DNA of 63,741 bases, the filler included, from Octopus bimaculoides (Eukaryota), in the NCBI RefSeq assembly GCF_001194135.2. It is 8 parts of 8 records of this genome, joined end to end, with 100 filler letters (N's around TTAATTAATTAA, not from the genome) between each part and the next. Parts side by side here need not be neighbours in the genome. Positions count along the whole stretch, not along the records: positions 1 to 18,308 come from NC_068991.1; 7 more parts are not named here. One strand, given 5' to 3'. Position numbers and translations under genes: made by a program. Of the stretch, positions 1 through 13,548 are shown piece by piece (within the stretch, counting starts at the first letter, position 1; each line of letters starts with the position of its first letter). Under the pieces are notes generated by a model, which ran no database searches, had not been told where the DNA came from, and saw only the letters and a list, made by a program, of their open reading frames with translations.

Positions 1-230
1 TAAAAGACACCATTTCGAGCGTGGCCGTTTTCGTGCGGGTGACACGTAAAAGCACCCACTACACTCTCTGAGTGGTTGGCGTTAGGAAGGGCATCCAGCT
101 GTAGAAACTCTGCCAAATCAGACTGGAGCCTGGTGTTGCCATCCGGTTTCACCAGTCCTCAGTCAAATCGTCCAACCCATGCTAGCATGGAAAGCGGACG
201 TTAAACGATGATGATGATGATGATGATGAT
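1..230 (+). mobile_element. 3' end of young RTE-clade LINE with (GAT)n tail
   Basis: Essentially identical to 8096-8300, which follows an RTE-type ORF; ends CCCATGCTAGCATGGAAAGCGGACGTTAAAC(GAT)n. Confidence 0.8.
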
Positions 231-759
231 ATATATATATATATATATATATCATTGAGATAGCAAGTGACCTTCTGGAAAGTTCATCTGTTTCATGGGT
301 CTAGTTGATATATTCACCAGACTCATATCATCAAGGTGCAGACTGTGAGTACACGTATAAAAAGTGAACATACACTAGGCTGTTATACATTTTTATGTGC
401 TACGTATCATATTTGATAGGTGTGCATGTGTATGTACATAGGAAACTGCTACCCATCTCTCACAAGTCTACTGGAAACTGCTTTGGATTTTACCAAGAAC
501 TTTTCTAGAACTGAAGATGAAGATGTTAGTATCATGCTACATGTTAAGAAGATGATCCTAAAATTTGAACAGATCTCTGGATTAAACAGTCAGTTCATTC
601 ACCTTTTGATGCTTTTAGCTGAAGTGAGTGACTTTATTGCATTATATTTTTGATAAGATGAAGAAACATTCCCTATGATAAGTGGATTGTACCGTGACTG
701 TAGGCTAATTACTCTTACCAAGCGTAACTCTAGAGACACCAACTGAAAAAGAAAATTAC

Positions 760-1050
760 CTCCAGCAGTTTTTTTAAAAACTTGAGGCTAAAAACCACAA
801 TCCAAACTAACCTAACTGCCACTAATTTTTTCGACGTCACACTTGATCTTGCTAACAGCCGCTACTCTCTGTACCACAAGCTGAATAAGACTATGGAGTG
901 CCTTCACAAAAACCAAACCGCTATAACCAACAACTTGGTTACTAATATATCACAGTGTATTTAGCAACTGTCTATCAACAAGAGAATTTTTTAGGAGAAT
1001 GCACTTTTAAATATGACACACTGCAACAAGTGGCTTCCATGAAAAGATCA
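760..1050 (+). mobile_element. Degenerate Penelope-like element RT C-terminal remnant
   Basis: Translation LKTTIQTNLTATNFFDVTLDLANSRYSLYHK...ISQCI*QLS resembles the PLE RT pattern LKIT(x)n-NFLDVTLDL-x3-Y-x-PY-x-K; stops and frameshifts downstream. Confidence 0.65.
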
Positions 1051-1706
1051 TGAGGTCAAATATTCTCCTCCCACTGATTCTGAGGCATTTGAAGCCACTT
1101 ATGAAACTGCCAGAGTAGGACGACATAGTATAATCACCCATGTAACACTGATGTCATTATTCTCTTTTCTGGGACTTGCTTTTTTTCTACTACAACAGCA
1201 CTTCCCTTCACACCATCACTAGCACAAAATTTTCAAAAGAAACATGGTAAAGTTTTCAAACTTGACTACCTTCCATGCTGGCATGGTTTGGATAGTTTAA
1301 TAAGCATCAACAGGTCTGATGACTGCATTGTACTCCACCATGCTTTGGCGTGGTTTCTATGGCTGGATGCCTTTCATAACACCAACCACTATACATAATA
1401 AACTGGGTATATTTTCATGACATCAGCATTAGTGAGGTTGCCATGCAACTTGCAAGACCAAGATAACCTTTGATTGAGTGGAACTTACATATTTAGTACC
1501 CTGCATGCATAAGTGAAAACAGGGTATCATAATCACTCGTATTAGTCTGTTTGTCTGTGTGTTTGCAAAATTACAGGAAAACGGCTGAACGGAATTTAAC
1601 CACATTTGGCAGAAATACTCATTGGGTGACTCGAAATGATGAAAATTTGGTTTGATTATCTTCAAACATACATAAATACATACATAGATGTGCAACTCTG
1701 TGTGTG

Positions 1707-1739
<33 letters not shown>

Positions 1740-2009
1740 TTGTGTGTGTGTACAGTGATGGATTCAAGGGTTTTGTTTTTTTATGAGTTGCTTTCTTAAT
1801 TTAACCGGAGTATAACTACCTATAATGGTGAAACACTTCTCAAATTAGATTGGATGGTTTTGACCAGAGCTGGTAAGGCCAGGAACCACACAAGGCTACA
1901 TTGTCTGTTCTGGCTTCTATGGTTGGATGCCATTCCCTTATGCCAACCACTCCACAGAGTGTACTGGGTGCTTTTTAACATGGCACCAGCATGAGTGCTT
2001 TGCATATGT

Positions 2010-2160
2010 CCTGCGTTCAAATTCTTTCAATGTTGATGACTTTGCCTTACACCCTTTCCGGGTTGCTAAAAATAAGTACCAGCTGAGCACTGGGGTCGAT
2101 GTAATCAACTTATCCACTCTCCCAAACTTGTTGGCTTTGTGCCAGAATTTGAAATCATTA
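2010..2160 (+). mobile_element. SINE with Meta-domain-like core (family D), partial
   Basis: GACTTTGCCTTACACCCTTTCCGGGTTGCTAAAAATAAGTACCAG core shared with 17925-18165 and many other copies; followed by (TTA)n/(GTA)n. Confidence 0.65.
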
Positions 2161-2188
2161 TTGTTATTATTATTATTATTATTATTAT

Positions 2189-2239
<51 letters not shown>

Positions 2240-4026
2240 CAACAGCAGTAGTAGTGGTGGTGGTGGTCATCGTCGTCGTCATGGCAGCAGCAGCAGCAGC
2301 AGAATTAAAAACACTTGTTTAACCCTAGGTCAGTCTAGAACAAGTAGATCAAAAGTATTCCACCCATGACACTTACATCTTTTTTTTTTAAGGACTATAG
2401 GACATTTTTTTAATGTGTTTTTGTTCTTTTCTCCATTTTTTTAATAGCAATAATAACAGCAGCAGCAGTAGTGGTGGTGATGGTAGTGGTTGAGGTTGTA
2501 GTGGTAGTGCTAGTATTGAAAGTAGTCATAAATGTGGTGCCGTTGGTGGTAGTACCAATAGTGATAGTGGTAATAACAACAGCAGTAGTAGTCATATAAA
2601 TAATGATGGTGGCGGTGATGGTTGTAGTGGTAGTATTGGTAGTTGTGATGCATTTGGTGGTTGCTGTTCTAGTGGTAGTGGCCATGGTAGTGATAGTGGT
2701 AGTAATGGCAGTAGTAGTAGTAGTAGTAATGGTGGTGGTGACGGCGGTGGTGTTAATGGTGCCATGTCACCACTAAACGCTGGATATTTTTTGGTTTCTC
2801 TTGTGGTACCACATTCCTGACAAACAAACTTAATTCTCTTTAAGCCTTGCCATAATTACATTTGAAGCTTGGTGGTGGTGGTGGTGGTGGTGGTAGTGGT
2901 GATTGTGGAGGAAAGTGACAAATTTCTCCCAGAACTCGAAGAAAAAAATGCAAGTCAAGGATGTCAATAATTTAAACCACATCATTATGTAATATAGTTC
3001 TGGTCTTCTTTTCTTTTTTAATACCTCAACAGGTAAAGGTAAAAAAAAAAGCTCATATAGTGAAACAAAAGCATTGGAAACAGCATAAAACAGAATTTCT
3101 TGAATTCAAATACATGTACGAGGTTTTATCAAAAAGTTCCTGCACTAGTTCTGTGGCACACCAACAGACAGCAGAACACGGTTGAGTGCACAGTGAGAGC
3201 CAGCAGTGACCTTCATGAAGCAATGTGCCAAGTGACATTATTGTGCTTACTTCACAAGTTCTGAATTTTGTGTTTTTGTGATCGTGTGTCTTACACGTGC
3301 CAGGAAGGCGACGCTGGGCACAGGTGCCATCACGATTTCGCTTTCGCTTGCCCCAACAGGTCTTCGCAAGCCGTGTTTCATGTCCAATGAAGGAGACGTC
3401 TATAAGAACAAAAAAGCACAGTTGACCACAGCAAGGTTTAAATCAGTGGTTTTCAACCATTTTTTGCCTTTGGATTCTTATTTTACTCAATTTGACCTCC
3501 ATAGCCATTCAATGTTTAAAAGAAATCCTGTTTTGTTTTCATAATTAGATATTATTAGGGAATATATAAAAAAAATGTGTTTAAAATATTTTGTGTTTCC
3601 TAGAAGTATAACCAAATTTATTGCACATGAATTTTANNNNNNNNNNNNNNNNNNNNNNNNNNNNNNNNNNNNNNNNNNNNNNNNNNNNNNNNNNNNNNNN
3701 NNNNNNNNNNNNNNNNNNNNNNNNNNNNNNNNNNNNNNNNNNNNNNNNNNNNNNNNNNNNNNNNNNNNNNNNNNNNNNNNNNNNNNNNNNNNNNNNNNNN
3801 NNNNNNNNNNNNNNNNNNNNNNNNNNNNNNNNNNNNNNNNNNNNNNNNNNNNNNNNNNNNNNNNNNNNNNNNNNNNNNNNNNNNNNNNNNNNNNNNNNNN
3901 NNNNNNNNNNNNNNNNNNNNNNNNNNNNNNNNNNNNNNNNNNNNNNNNNNNNNNNNNNNNNNNNNNNNNNNNNNNNNNNNNNNNNNNNNNNNNNNNNNNN
4001 NNNNNNNNNNNNNNNNNNNNNNNNNN

Positions 4027-4722
4027 GGGTGGGCAGGTGGGTTGGTTTGTATGGAGAGAGATGCGGATAGGGAGGGATGTATGACTGTAAGAAGTTAGGG
4101 AAATAGATAGAGAGGGGCATTTAGATAGGGAAAGAGTTGGATAGGGAGGTAGGTAGATAGGCAGGGAGGTGGGGGGAAAGAAGGAAGCAGGCAAGCAGGG
4201 AGTTAGAGAGGGAGGAGAAAAGTAGGGAGGGAGGGACGGACGGACAGAAGGTAAGCAGGTAGGGAGGGAGGGGGAGGTTGGGAGAAAGGGGAGGATTGAT
4301 AAAGGTAGGTAAAGTGGGTAGGTAGGTAGGTAGATAAGTGGGTATGTAGGTAAGTAGGTAGGTAGGTAGGTAATAAGTGGAAAGGTAGGTAGGTAGGTAA
4401 GGAGGCAGATAGGTAGGAAGGTAAGTCAGCAGGTAGGTAGGTAATAAGTGGATAGGTAGGTAGGTAGGTAGGTAAGTTGGTAGGTAGGTAGGTGGGTATG
4501 TAGGTAGGTGGGTATGCTGGTAGGTAGGTAGTTAAGGAGGCAGATAGGTAGGAAAGTACATAGGCAGGTAGGTAAGTAATAAGTGGATAGGTAGGTAGGT
4601 AGGTAGGTAGGTAGGTACAGAGGTAGGTGAGTAGGTAGGTAGGTAGGTAGGTAGGTTGGTAAGTAGCTAAGTAGGTAGGTAAATGGGTAGGTATGTAGGT
4701 AAGCAGGTAGGTAGGTAGGTAA
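4027..4722. repeat. Degenerate (GGTA)n/(GGGA)n tetranucleotide array abutting the PKD exon donor
   Basis: Directly visible tandem GGTA units starting about 10 nt into the intron. Confidence 0.95.
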
Positions 4723-4732
4723 GTTTGCTTAC

Positions 4733-4864
4733 CATCACACTTGAGTCCCTGTTTCACCAAACCGAAAAGCATTTCTCCACAGAAGTCACAGAAATGTGGA
4801 GATCTGTAAGAATGGACAATTAGTTGATGTGGCTGGATTTGTAGATCTTCCATGGAGGCCTGGG
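4733..4864 (-). CDS. PRKD: Protein kinase D internal exon (first C1/DAG-binding domain N-terminal part): (A)[43 protein letters not shown](G)
   Basis: Matches the PKD C1a signature H-x-L-x-VHSY-x-x-P-x-FCD-x-CGE-x-L-x-GLV-x-QGLKC; acceptor ttccag at 4865-4870 and donor G|GTAAG at 4732; 132 bp, phase 1-1; paralog number cannot be assigned. Confidence 0.93.
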
Positions 4865-6668
4865 CTGGAAATAAAATTTAAAAAAACACATTAATTAGAT
4901 AATTTCTATATGATAATATACAATATAAAATGTTGGTTGGTTGGTTGGTTTCTCCAGTCATGCTTTACATAATATAGAGAAGAGTGAGAGACAGTAAAAG
5001 AGAAATACAGAGAGAACATAAGAGGTGCAAGTTGAATGCACATACTAGGCTTAGTGCAGGCAATGAGTAAAGGAACACTTCACAGTGACACAGAGCACAG
5101 AGAATCATAGACAGAGGAGGGGGAGAAGGAGCAGCAGCAAGGGAGGAGGAGGGAGGATAAAGAGGAGGAATTCAAATTTTGCAAAGAGAGGTTTTCAATG
5201 ATGTCGATTGCAACCATGTTGATAAAATTTAGGAGAATAATGACATATTTATTGCAAATACACAAATGAGAAATACATGATATTTGATTTCATTTTTGAA
5301 GGTAATAAATACTTCTGTTTTGAAAGTTTTCAATTCATAATTTTGTATAAGCACCAAGAAATTCTATAACAGTTTAATTATAGTAACTGTATGTATGCCA
5401 TATTTTCTGGTATTTTCCCATGGTAGCAAAAGTATAATTCTAAAGTTACTTATTATATTACAGTTAATACTCTAGTAAATGAGAAAGCAATGATCTTTAA
5501 CAAAACAGCCATAAATAGATTCTGTCATATCATTCACCTTGAGTATAGATCTCTCATGGCATATACCATAAGTACAAGTCTGTCAAAACATATCAAACTT
5601 CAGTATATATATATATCTGCGTGTATTTTGAAAATATCTCAGAGTGATGACCTTGCCCTGCATTGTAACGGGTTGCTCTTTGGCAAGGTATAGCACCCAT
5701 CCAGCCACCCTGCCAGGGATACAGTGAAGTTATGGGACTGCCGCATGGCAGATTGCGAAGAAGTAGCAGAAGAGCTCAACTGAGCCAACAATGCTTCTTA
5801 CACTGATGCTGAACAGAGGAATCCTAGAAGATCAATGGTCGGTAACTGCAACGCATCCATGGTTGTGTAATCAGCTAATGAAAGATTCACTCTGACTCAA
5901 AGTTCCCTTTTCAAATTCATAATAATGGAATTAGATGGTGACAGGGAGTCAAGGGAATCTGTGAAAGCAGCATGGCAGACGAAGAAGAAAAAATATATAG
6001 TTTTCATAACATTCATCTAAGATACAGATCTATCCGTAATGTTAATTATTAAGATTACAAATCTATTATGACATTTACTTTGGATATGAAAATTGACATT
6101 GCATTTATTATCAATGGAGAGGTGTAGGCATCGCTGTGTGGTTAAGAAATTCATTTTCTAACCACAGGATTTCAAGTTCAGTCCCATTGCAAAGCACCTT
6201 GGACAGGTGTCTTCTATTATATAGTCCAAACGTAACCAAAGAATTTGGTAGACGGAAACTGAAAGTAGTGTGATAAGAAGTTTGCTTCTCAACCTCATGG
6301 TTCCATGTTCAGTCCCACCATGCATCTTCTATTATAGCTTTGAACTGACCAAAACCTTGTGAGCAGATTTGATAGATGGAAACTGAAAGAAGCTTGTTCT
6401 CTGTGTGTGTGTATATGTGTGAACATGTTTGTTACTGTGCTGTTGCCTTGACATCACATGATAGCTGTAAACAAGCATCACCATCATTCAGGCAATATCC
6501 TTCATTTCCAGTTATTCTGTAAAAACATGTCTGGGCATGGGGAAATATTACTTTGCATGGAAGCAGATGAGGGTTGGTGACAGAGAGGCTACAACTGTAG
6601 AATGTCTGCACTCCAACAAATTCTATTTGGCCAATGCAAGCATGGAAAAGAAAACGTTAAACAATGAT

Positions 6669-6714
<46 letters not shown>

Positions 6715-7214
6715 CACACACCCATGTCAGATCATATTTCCACTCCAATTATGTTCATTCACTGACAGTAAACAACAGCTTTTCTAACATTGTTATTTGC
6801 TTGTAGTACACCATGAGAGCATGCTCAGGCTTCTTGAGATGTTTTGAAATATTACCCGATCTTTGTCAACAAAAGGCTGATTTATACCATGACATTTGTT
6901 TCTTCACATAAGCACATACAGACTGTTTGTTTGTTCAGTCAACTGGGAGATCATTACCTTGCTTGGAGACAAGTGAGGATTTGTGACAAAAGCATATGGC
7001 CATAATAAAACTCTGCCCCTAAATACTTTGTCCGACTCATGCAAGCGTGCAAAAGTAGACGTTAAAACAATAATGACAGTGGTAGTGGCATTGACAATGA
7101 TGGAGACATTGACAACCATGATGTCAACAGATTTATCATAACATTCATCTTGTACACAGATCTTTTATGTTATGATGTTTTGCTTCTACATGGACCTGTC
7201 AAAGAAATTATCTT

Positions 7215-8300
7215 GGCTAAGAATAGCCTGGGCAAAGTTTAGAGAGCTCTTACCCCTGCTGGCGACAAAGGGACTCTCACTCAGAGTAAAAGGCAGACTG
7301 TATGACGCATGCGTACGAACAACCATGCTACATGGCAGTGAAACATGGGCTGTAACTGCTGAGGACATACGTAAGCTCGCAAGGAATGAAGCCAGTATGC
7401 TCCGTTGGATGTGTAATGTCAATGTGAATACCCGTCAGAGTGTAAGTATCTTGAGAGAAAAGCTGAACATTAGAAGCATCAGTTGTGGCGTGCAAGAGAG
7501 ACGATTGTGCTGGTATGGACATGTGGTGAGAATGGAGGAGGATANNNNNNNNNNNNNNNNNNNNNNNNNNNNNNNNNNNNNNNNNNNNNNNNNNNNNNNN
7601 NNNNNNNNNNNNNNNNNNNNNNNNNNNNNNNNNNNNNNNNNNNNNNNNNNNNNNNNNNNNNNNNNNNNNNNNNNNNNNNNNNNNNNNNNNNNNNNNNNNN
7701 NNNNNNNNNNNNNNNNNNNNNNNNNNNNNNNNNNNNNNNNNNNNNNNNNNNNNNNNNNNNNNNNNNNNNNNNNNNNNNNNNNNNNNNNNNNNNNNNNNNN
7801 NNNNNNNNNNNNNNNNNNNNNNNNNNNNNNNNNNNNNNNNNNNNNNNNNNNNNNNNNNNNNNNNNNNNNNNNNNNNNNNNNNNNNNNNNNNNNNNNNNNN
7901 NNNNNNNNNNNNNNNNNNNNNNNNNNNNNNNNNNNNNNNNNNNNNNNNNNNNNNNNNNNNNNNNNNNNNNNNNNNNNNNNNNNNNNNNNNNNNNNNNNNN
8001 NNNNNNNNNNNNNNNNNNNNNNNNNNNNNNNNNNNNNNNNNNNNNNNNNNNNNNNNNNNNNNNNNNNNNNNNNNNNNNNNNNNNNNNNNNNNNNNGGCCG
8101 TTTTCGTGCGGGTGACACGTAAAAGCACCCACTACACTCTCTGAGTGGTTGGCGTTAGGAAGGGCATCCAGCTGTAGAAACTCTGCCAAATCAGACTGGA
8201 GCCTGGTGTTGCCATCCGGTTTCACCAGTCCTCAGTCAAATCGTCCAACCCATGCTAGCATGGAAAGCGGACGTTAAACGATGATGATGATGATGATGAT
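7215..8300 (+). mobile_element. 5'-truncated RTE-clade LINE (RT C-terminal region, gap, 3'UTR, (GAT)n tail)
   Basis: RIAWAKFRELLPLL...KGRLYDACVRTTMLHGSETW...RNEASMLRWMC...RRLCWYGHVVRM is typical of RTE ORF C-termini; open frame up to the N gap 7545-8095. Confidence 0.88.
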
Positions 8301-8318
8301 GTAGATCTGTGATATCAT

Positions 8319-8721
8319 TACTCTTTTACTCTTTTACTTGTTTCAGTCATTTGACTGCGGCCATGCTGGAGCACCGCCTTTTAGTCAAGCAAATCGACCC
8401 CAAGACTTATTCTTTGTAAGCCTAGCACTTATTCTATCGTGCTGTTTTGCCGAACCGCTAAGTTACGGGGACATAAACACACCAGCATCGGTTGTCAAGC
8501 GATGTTGGGGGAACAAACACAGACACACACACATATATATATATATATACATATATACGACAGACTTCTTTCAGTTTCCGTCTACCAAATCCACTCACAA
8601 GGCTTTGGTCGGCCTGAGGCTATAATAGAAGACACTTGCCCAAGGTGCTACGCAGTGGGACTGAACCCGGAACCATGTGGTTCGTAAGCAAGCTACTTAC
8701 CACACAGCCACTCCTACGCCT
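8319..8721 (-). mobile_element. tRNA-derived SINE with CORE-like segment (family A), full length
   Basis: Minus strand AGGCGTAGGAGTGGCTGTGTGGTAAG...GGTTCAGTCCC...GCACCTTGGGCAAGTGTCTT; internal (TA)/(CA) microsatellite; AAAAGAGT tail; many copies in the window. Confidence 0.85.
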
Positions 8722-9844
8722 GTATATCAAAATACATATCTATTTATAGCTTTCATCTTGAACACAAATAGTATAGCATTTATCTTGAAATAGAGATCTA
8801 TCATAACTTTTGTCTCAAATGCAGATATTATATCATTCACCTGGTCATAACAATTATTTTGAATACAAATCTGTCGAAACGCATCTGTTAAAGAATAACT
8901 GATATAAATATTCATCAACATGGTTGATTGATTTCTCCATCAAGTATTGAAGGCCGATCTCAAGACGCTAAGCCTTATACAGGAGATGACTGAGAACCAA
9001 GATATCTGGTGCATTGCTGTACTCAACAACACCCGTCCGCCACAGCAGAATTGATACCAGTGCTGGTGACACATAAAAAGCAATGGTGCTAGTGCCACAT
9101 TATAAGTACTGTTGTTGGTGCCATGTTAAAAGCACTAGAGCTGGTTCTACATAACAAGCAGCCGGTACACTGTGGATTGATTGGTGTTAAGAAGGGCATC
9201 CAGCTGTAGATGGCATCCAGCCGTAGAGGGCATCCAGCCGTAGAGAGCATCCAGCCATAGAAACCATGCCAGAACAGACAATGGAGCCTGGTGCATGCCC
9301 TGACCTTTCCAGGTCCAGTGAAACCATCCAACCCCTACCAACATGGAAAACAGATGTCAAATGTTGATGATGATGATGGTAGTGGTGGTGGTGGTAGTTG
9401 GTGGATTTCTCCAGTTACACTTAAAATCATATGGACAGAGGGAAAGAGAAAATAAGAGAGAGAGATACTGAGGAAGGTAACATAAGAGATGCAGGACAAA
9501 GTATCTTATGACTTTCTGAAAAATACAAATAATTTTTTAATGAGGATAAGTTTTCAATGGGGTGTAATTATCTTGAGAATATTTAGAAAAATAACAACAT
9601 ATATCTATTGCAAATATACAATATTTAATTTTATTTTTAAAGTAATAAATATTTTTTCTTTTGTAAATTGGTATTCTTGTTATCATTTTGTATAAGCACC
9701 AAGAAATTTGCTAAAAGTTGAATTATAATTATTGCATGTTTACCATAATTACTGATATTGGCAACAAGCTGGAGTGTTACCTGTTATATGATGGGCAACA
9801 CTTTAGCATACAGATTTGTCATAACATTTATCCTAAATACAGAT

Positions 9845-10030
9845 ATCATAAAATTGGTTTCAAATTTTGGCACAAGGCCAGCAAGTTTAGGGAAGGAGGT
9901 AAGTCAATTACATCAACCCCCCAGTACTCATCTGGTATTATTTTATTGACCCTGAAAGGATGAAAGACAAAGTTGACTTCAGTAGAATTTGAACTCAGAA
10001 TGTAAAGATGGATGAAATGCACTAAGCGTT
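9845..10030 (-). mobile_element. Family D SINE
   Basis: Reverse complement of the 17925-18165 type consensus. Confidence 0.7.
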
Positions 10031-10031
10031 T

Positions 10032-10441
10032 TGCCCAGCTTACTCTTTTACTTGTTTCAGTCATTTGACTGCAGCCATGCTGGAGCACCGCTTTTAGTCG
10101 AGCAAATCGACCCCAGGACTTATTCTTTGTAAGCCTAGTACTTATTCTATCGGTCTCTTTTTGCGAAACCGCCAAGTGACAGGGACGTAAACACACCAAC
10201 ATCATTTGTCAAGCGATGGTGGGGGGAGACAAACACACACACACACACATATATATATATATTTATATACATATATACAACAGGCTTCTTTCAGTTTCCG
10301 TCTACCAAATCCACTCACAAAGCTTTCGTTGGCCCAAGGCTATAGTAGAAAACACTTGCCCAAGGTGCCACGCAGTGGGACTGAACCCAGAACCATGTGG
10401 TTGATAAGCAAGCTACTTACCACACAGCCACTCCTGCACCT
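10032..10441 (-). mobile_element. Family A SINE, full length
   Basis: Aligns over its length with 8319-8721. Confidence 0.85.
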
Positions 10442-10659
10442 CTAACGATATCAGATATCGAAATGATTGCAGAGAAATGTGAAATGAAGTGCTTTGCTTA
10501 AGAACACAACATACCACTCGGTCTGGGACTCGAACCCACGATCTCACAATTGCGAGCGCAACCCCTTAACCACTAAGTCATNNNNNNNNNNACACACACA
10601 CACACACATATATATATATATTGTTGCGAGAATTGATATTATGAAGAGCATTATGATTT

Positions 10660-11589
10660 TGACCAACACTATTACCACCATTACTACCACAACCATTATG
10701 ATGGCAAAGACCACCGCCACAAAAAGTATGAAAACAGCCACAAACCAAGGATAGAATATTCCAAACACATCAAGCTAATAATATAACAAAAACTCCAAGC
10801 AAACAACGACAATGATAGTGATGGCGGTGATGGTGGTGGTGGTAGCAGAGGAGGTAGTGCTAGATGTAGTGTGGATGATGATGATGATGATGATGATGAC
10901 AACTATGATTAAATGATGTGCCATGATGGTGATGATGATGATGTTGATAATGTTAATGTTGATGTTAACAATCAGATAATCAAGATAATGATGTAATAAC
11001 AATAATGATGAAATTGATAATAATGATTTAATTCTAAATAATATTGTAATTATTATGATTATGGCTATCATCATCATTATTATTATTATTATTGTTGCTG
11101 TTGTTGTTGTTGCTAACAGCATGTCAATGCTGATGGAAGCAAACCTATAATCAAAATATTCCAGCCATAACCGTTTCATACTATCTCAAACATGATGTAT
11201 CATAGAATACATTAAACAATGTGTCCTTCAGTTTTTTAAGATGACAAGGTGTGATTTAAGCGAGACTTGGCTGCTATTTCTAGCAGCTGAAGTAACTGTG
11301 TAGCAGTTCAGTGGTAGGCTGTATTGTTGCTGTTACTGTTAAGCTCCAGATCAACCCTGATTAAGTGGACCTATGAGTAAAGCCATTCCAGACATGACCA
11401 TCAAGACTTTTCTTTTACAGACATTGTATTATCTTGGACATTATCTAATACAACTTTTCCCCCTTTTCTTATTAAGATCACAGGGTACAATTTGAGAGCG
11501 ATTTGGCTGTTATTTCTAGTAACACCACAATTGCATAAGGAGTAGTGGTGGTGGTGTTTGTAGTGAGAATGATGTTAGCAGCAGCAGCA

Positions 11590-11684
<95 letters not shown>

Positions 11685-11731
11685 AATGGTAGTAGTAGTA
11701 GTGGTAGTGGTAATGGTAGTAGTAGTGGTAA

Positions 11732-11767
<36 letters not shown>

Positions 11768-11787
11768 TAGTAGTAGTGGTAGTAGTG

Positions 11788-11824
<37 letters not shown>

Positions 11825-11842
11825 TAGTAGTANNNNNNNNNN

Positions 11843-11876
<34 letters not shown>

Positions 11877-12106
11877 TAGTAGTAGTGGTAGTGGTAATAG
11901 TAGTAGTAGCAGTAGTAGTGGCGGTGGTGGTGGTAGTAGTAGTAGTGGTGGTAGTGGTAACGGTAGTGGTAGTGGTAGTGGTAATAGTAGTAGTGGTGGT
12001 GGTGGTTCTTCTTGTCATTGTTATTGTTTAATCTAATGTCAGCTCAAACAGAGCAGAGCCGATCAACAATCACAATGGGAACAGTAACAGGAAAAGCCAA
12101 GGCCGT

Positions 12107-12140
<34 letters not shown>

Positions 12141-12290
12141 GCAACAGTTCAAAATAACAACAACAACAACAACAGCAGCAGCAATCACAATAACAACAAC
12201 AAGGAAAGCTACAACAACAACAACAAACATTTCAATTCCAGCAGGATAAATAAAACAACTAAAACTATAATAATGACAAATCTTTAAGGA
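10660..12290. repeat. Compound trinucleotide microsatellite fields (GAT, GTA, GTG, ACA) interrupted by unique and degenerate repeat sequence
   Basis: Directly visible; source of spurious poly-V/T/Y/S ORFs. Confidence 0.9.
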
Positions 12291-12438
12291 AATTGCAAAT
12301 AGCACTGTTTGATTCATATCTGTGAGCATAAGGGTGTCTTAATGTGTGTGTGTGTAAGGGAGAGTGTAATTATGTGGGAGTATGTGTGTGTGTGTGTTAA
12401 GTGAGTGTGCAGTGTGTGTGTGTGTGTGCAGTGTGTGT

Positions 12439-12485
<47 letters not shown>

Positions 12486-13516
12486 CGATGCCCTGGTTGT
12501 ATTACACCTAATTGAGCAGCTCTTGACTTTTCAACCTCTTCTACAGCTTCCACCGCTTTTGCGGTGCCCACCCACCTTGCTTCTTGACAGTGTGTGTGTC
12601 TGNNNNNNNNNNNNNNNNNNNNNNNNNNNNNNNNNNNNNNNNNNNNNNNNNNNNNNNNNNNNNNNNNNNNNNNNNNNNNNNNNNNNNNNNNNNNNNNNNN
12701 NNNNNNNNNNNNNNNNNNNNNNNNNNNNNNNNNNNNNNNNNNNNNNNNNNNNNNNNNNNNNNNNNNNNNNNNNNNNNNNNNNNNNNNNNNNNNNNNNNNN
12801 NNNNNNNGTGTGTGTGTGTGCACATGCATGCATCTCTCTCTCTCTCTAAATGGACACATATATATATATATATATATATATGCATGTAGGGTTGTATGCA
12901 CTCACAAACATTGAAGCCACCACCACCACCACCACCACCACCACAACAACAACAACAATAACAACAACACTAGCTCTTCTGTTTACGCTCCTTGCTGCTC
13001 ATCTTGTGCTTTCCCCCCACCAGGGGGCTTTGCCCCATGCCCACTACCACCACCACCACTACTACATCAACCCGTGCCTACACCTGTTGTTGCTTCTTCC
13101 TGCATCCACTACAGCCAGCATCACCACCACCACCACCACCTTTTGTGCCTACACCCCTTCTTGGTTTTTCCTGCGTCCACTACCACCAGCATCGCTACCA
13201 CCACAACAGCAACTCCTGTGCCTACACCCATTGTTGTTTCACCCTGTGTCCACTATCGCCAGCATCACCACCACCATCATCATTACCACAACACCAGCCC
13301 CTGTATCCATATCCCCACCCCCGCTCCATTGCCTCTCCCTGCATTCACTACCACCATCCCTGTCACTGCCTCCGCAACACCAGTCCTGTAGCCACACACA
13401 CTGTTGCAAAGAGGAGCAAAGCATAAATAACAATTAAACACACAGCTCAGCAACAGCAATGCCACCACCACGACCNNNNNNNNNNNNNNNNNNNNNNNNN
13501 NNNNNNNNNNNNNNNC

Positions 13517-13548
<32 letters not shown>

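Noticed and set aside
4203-4732. Long in-frame read-through of the PKD exon into a (TYLP)n tail
   Set aside because: (CCTA)n has no stop codon in any frame, so openness is expected; a canonical donor is present
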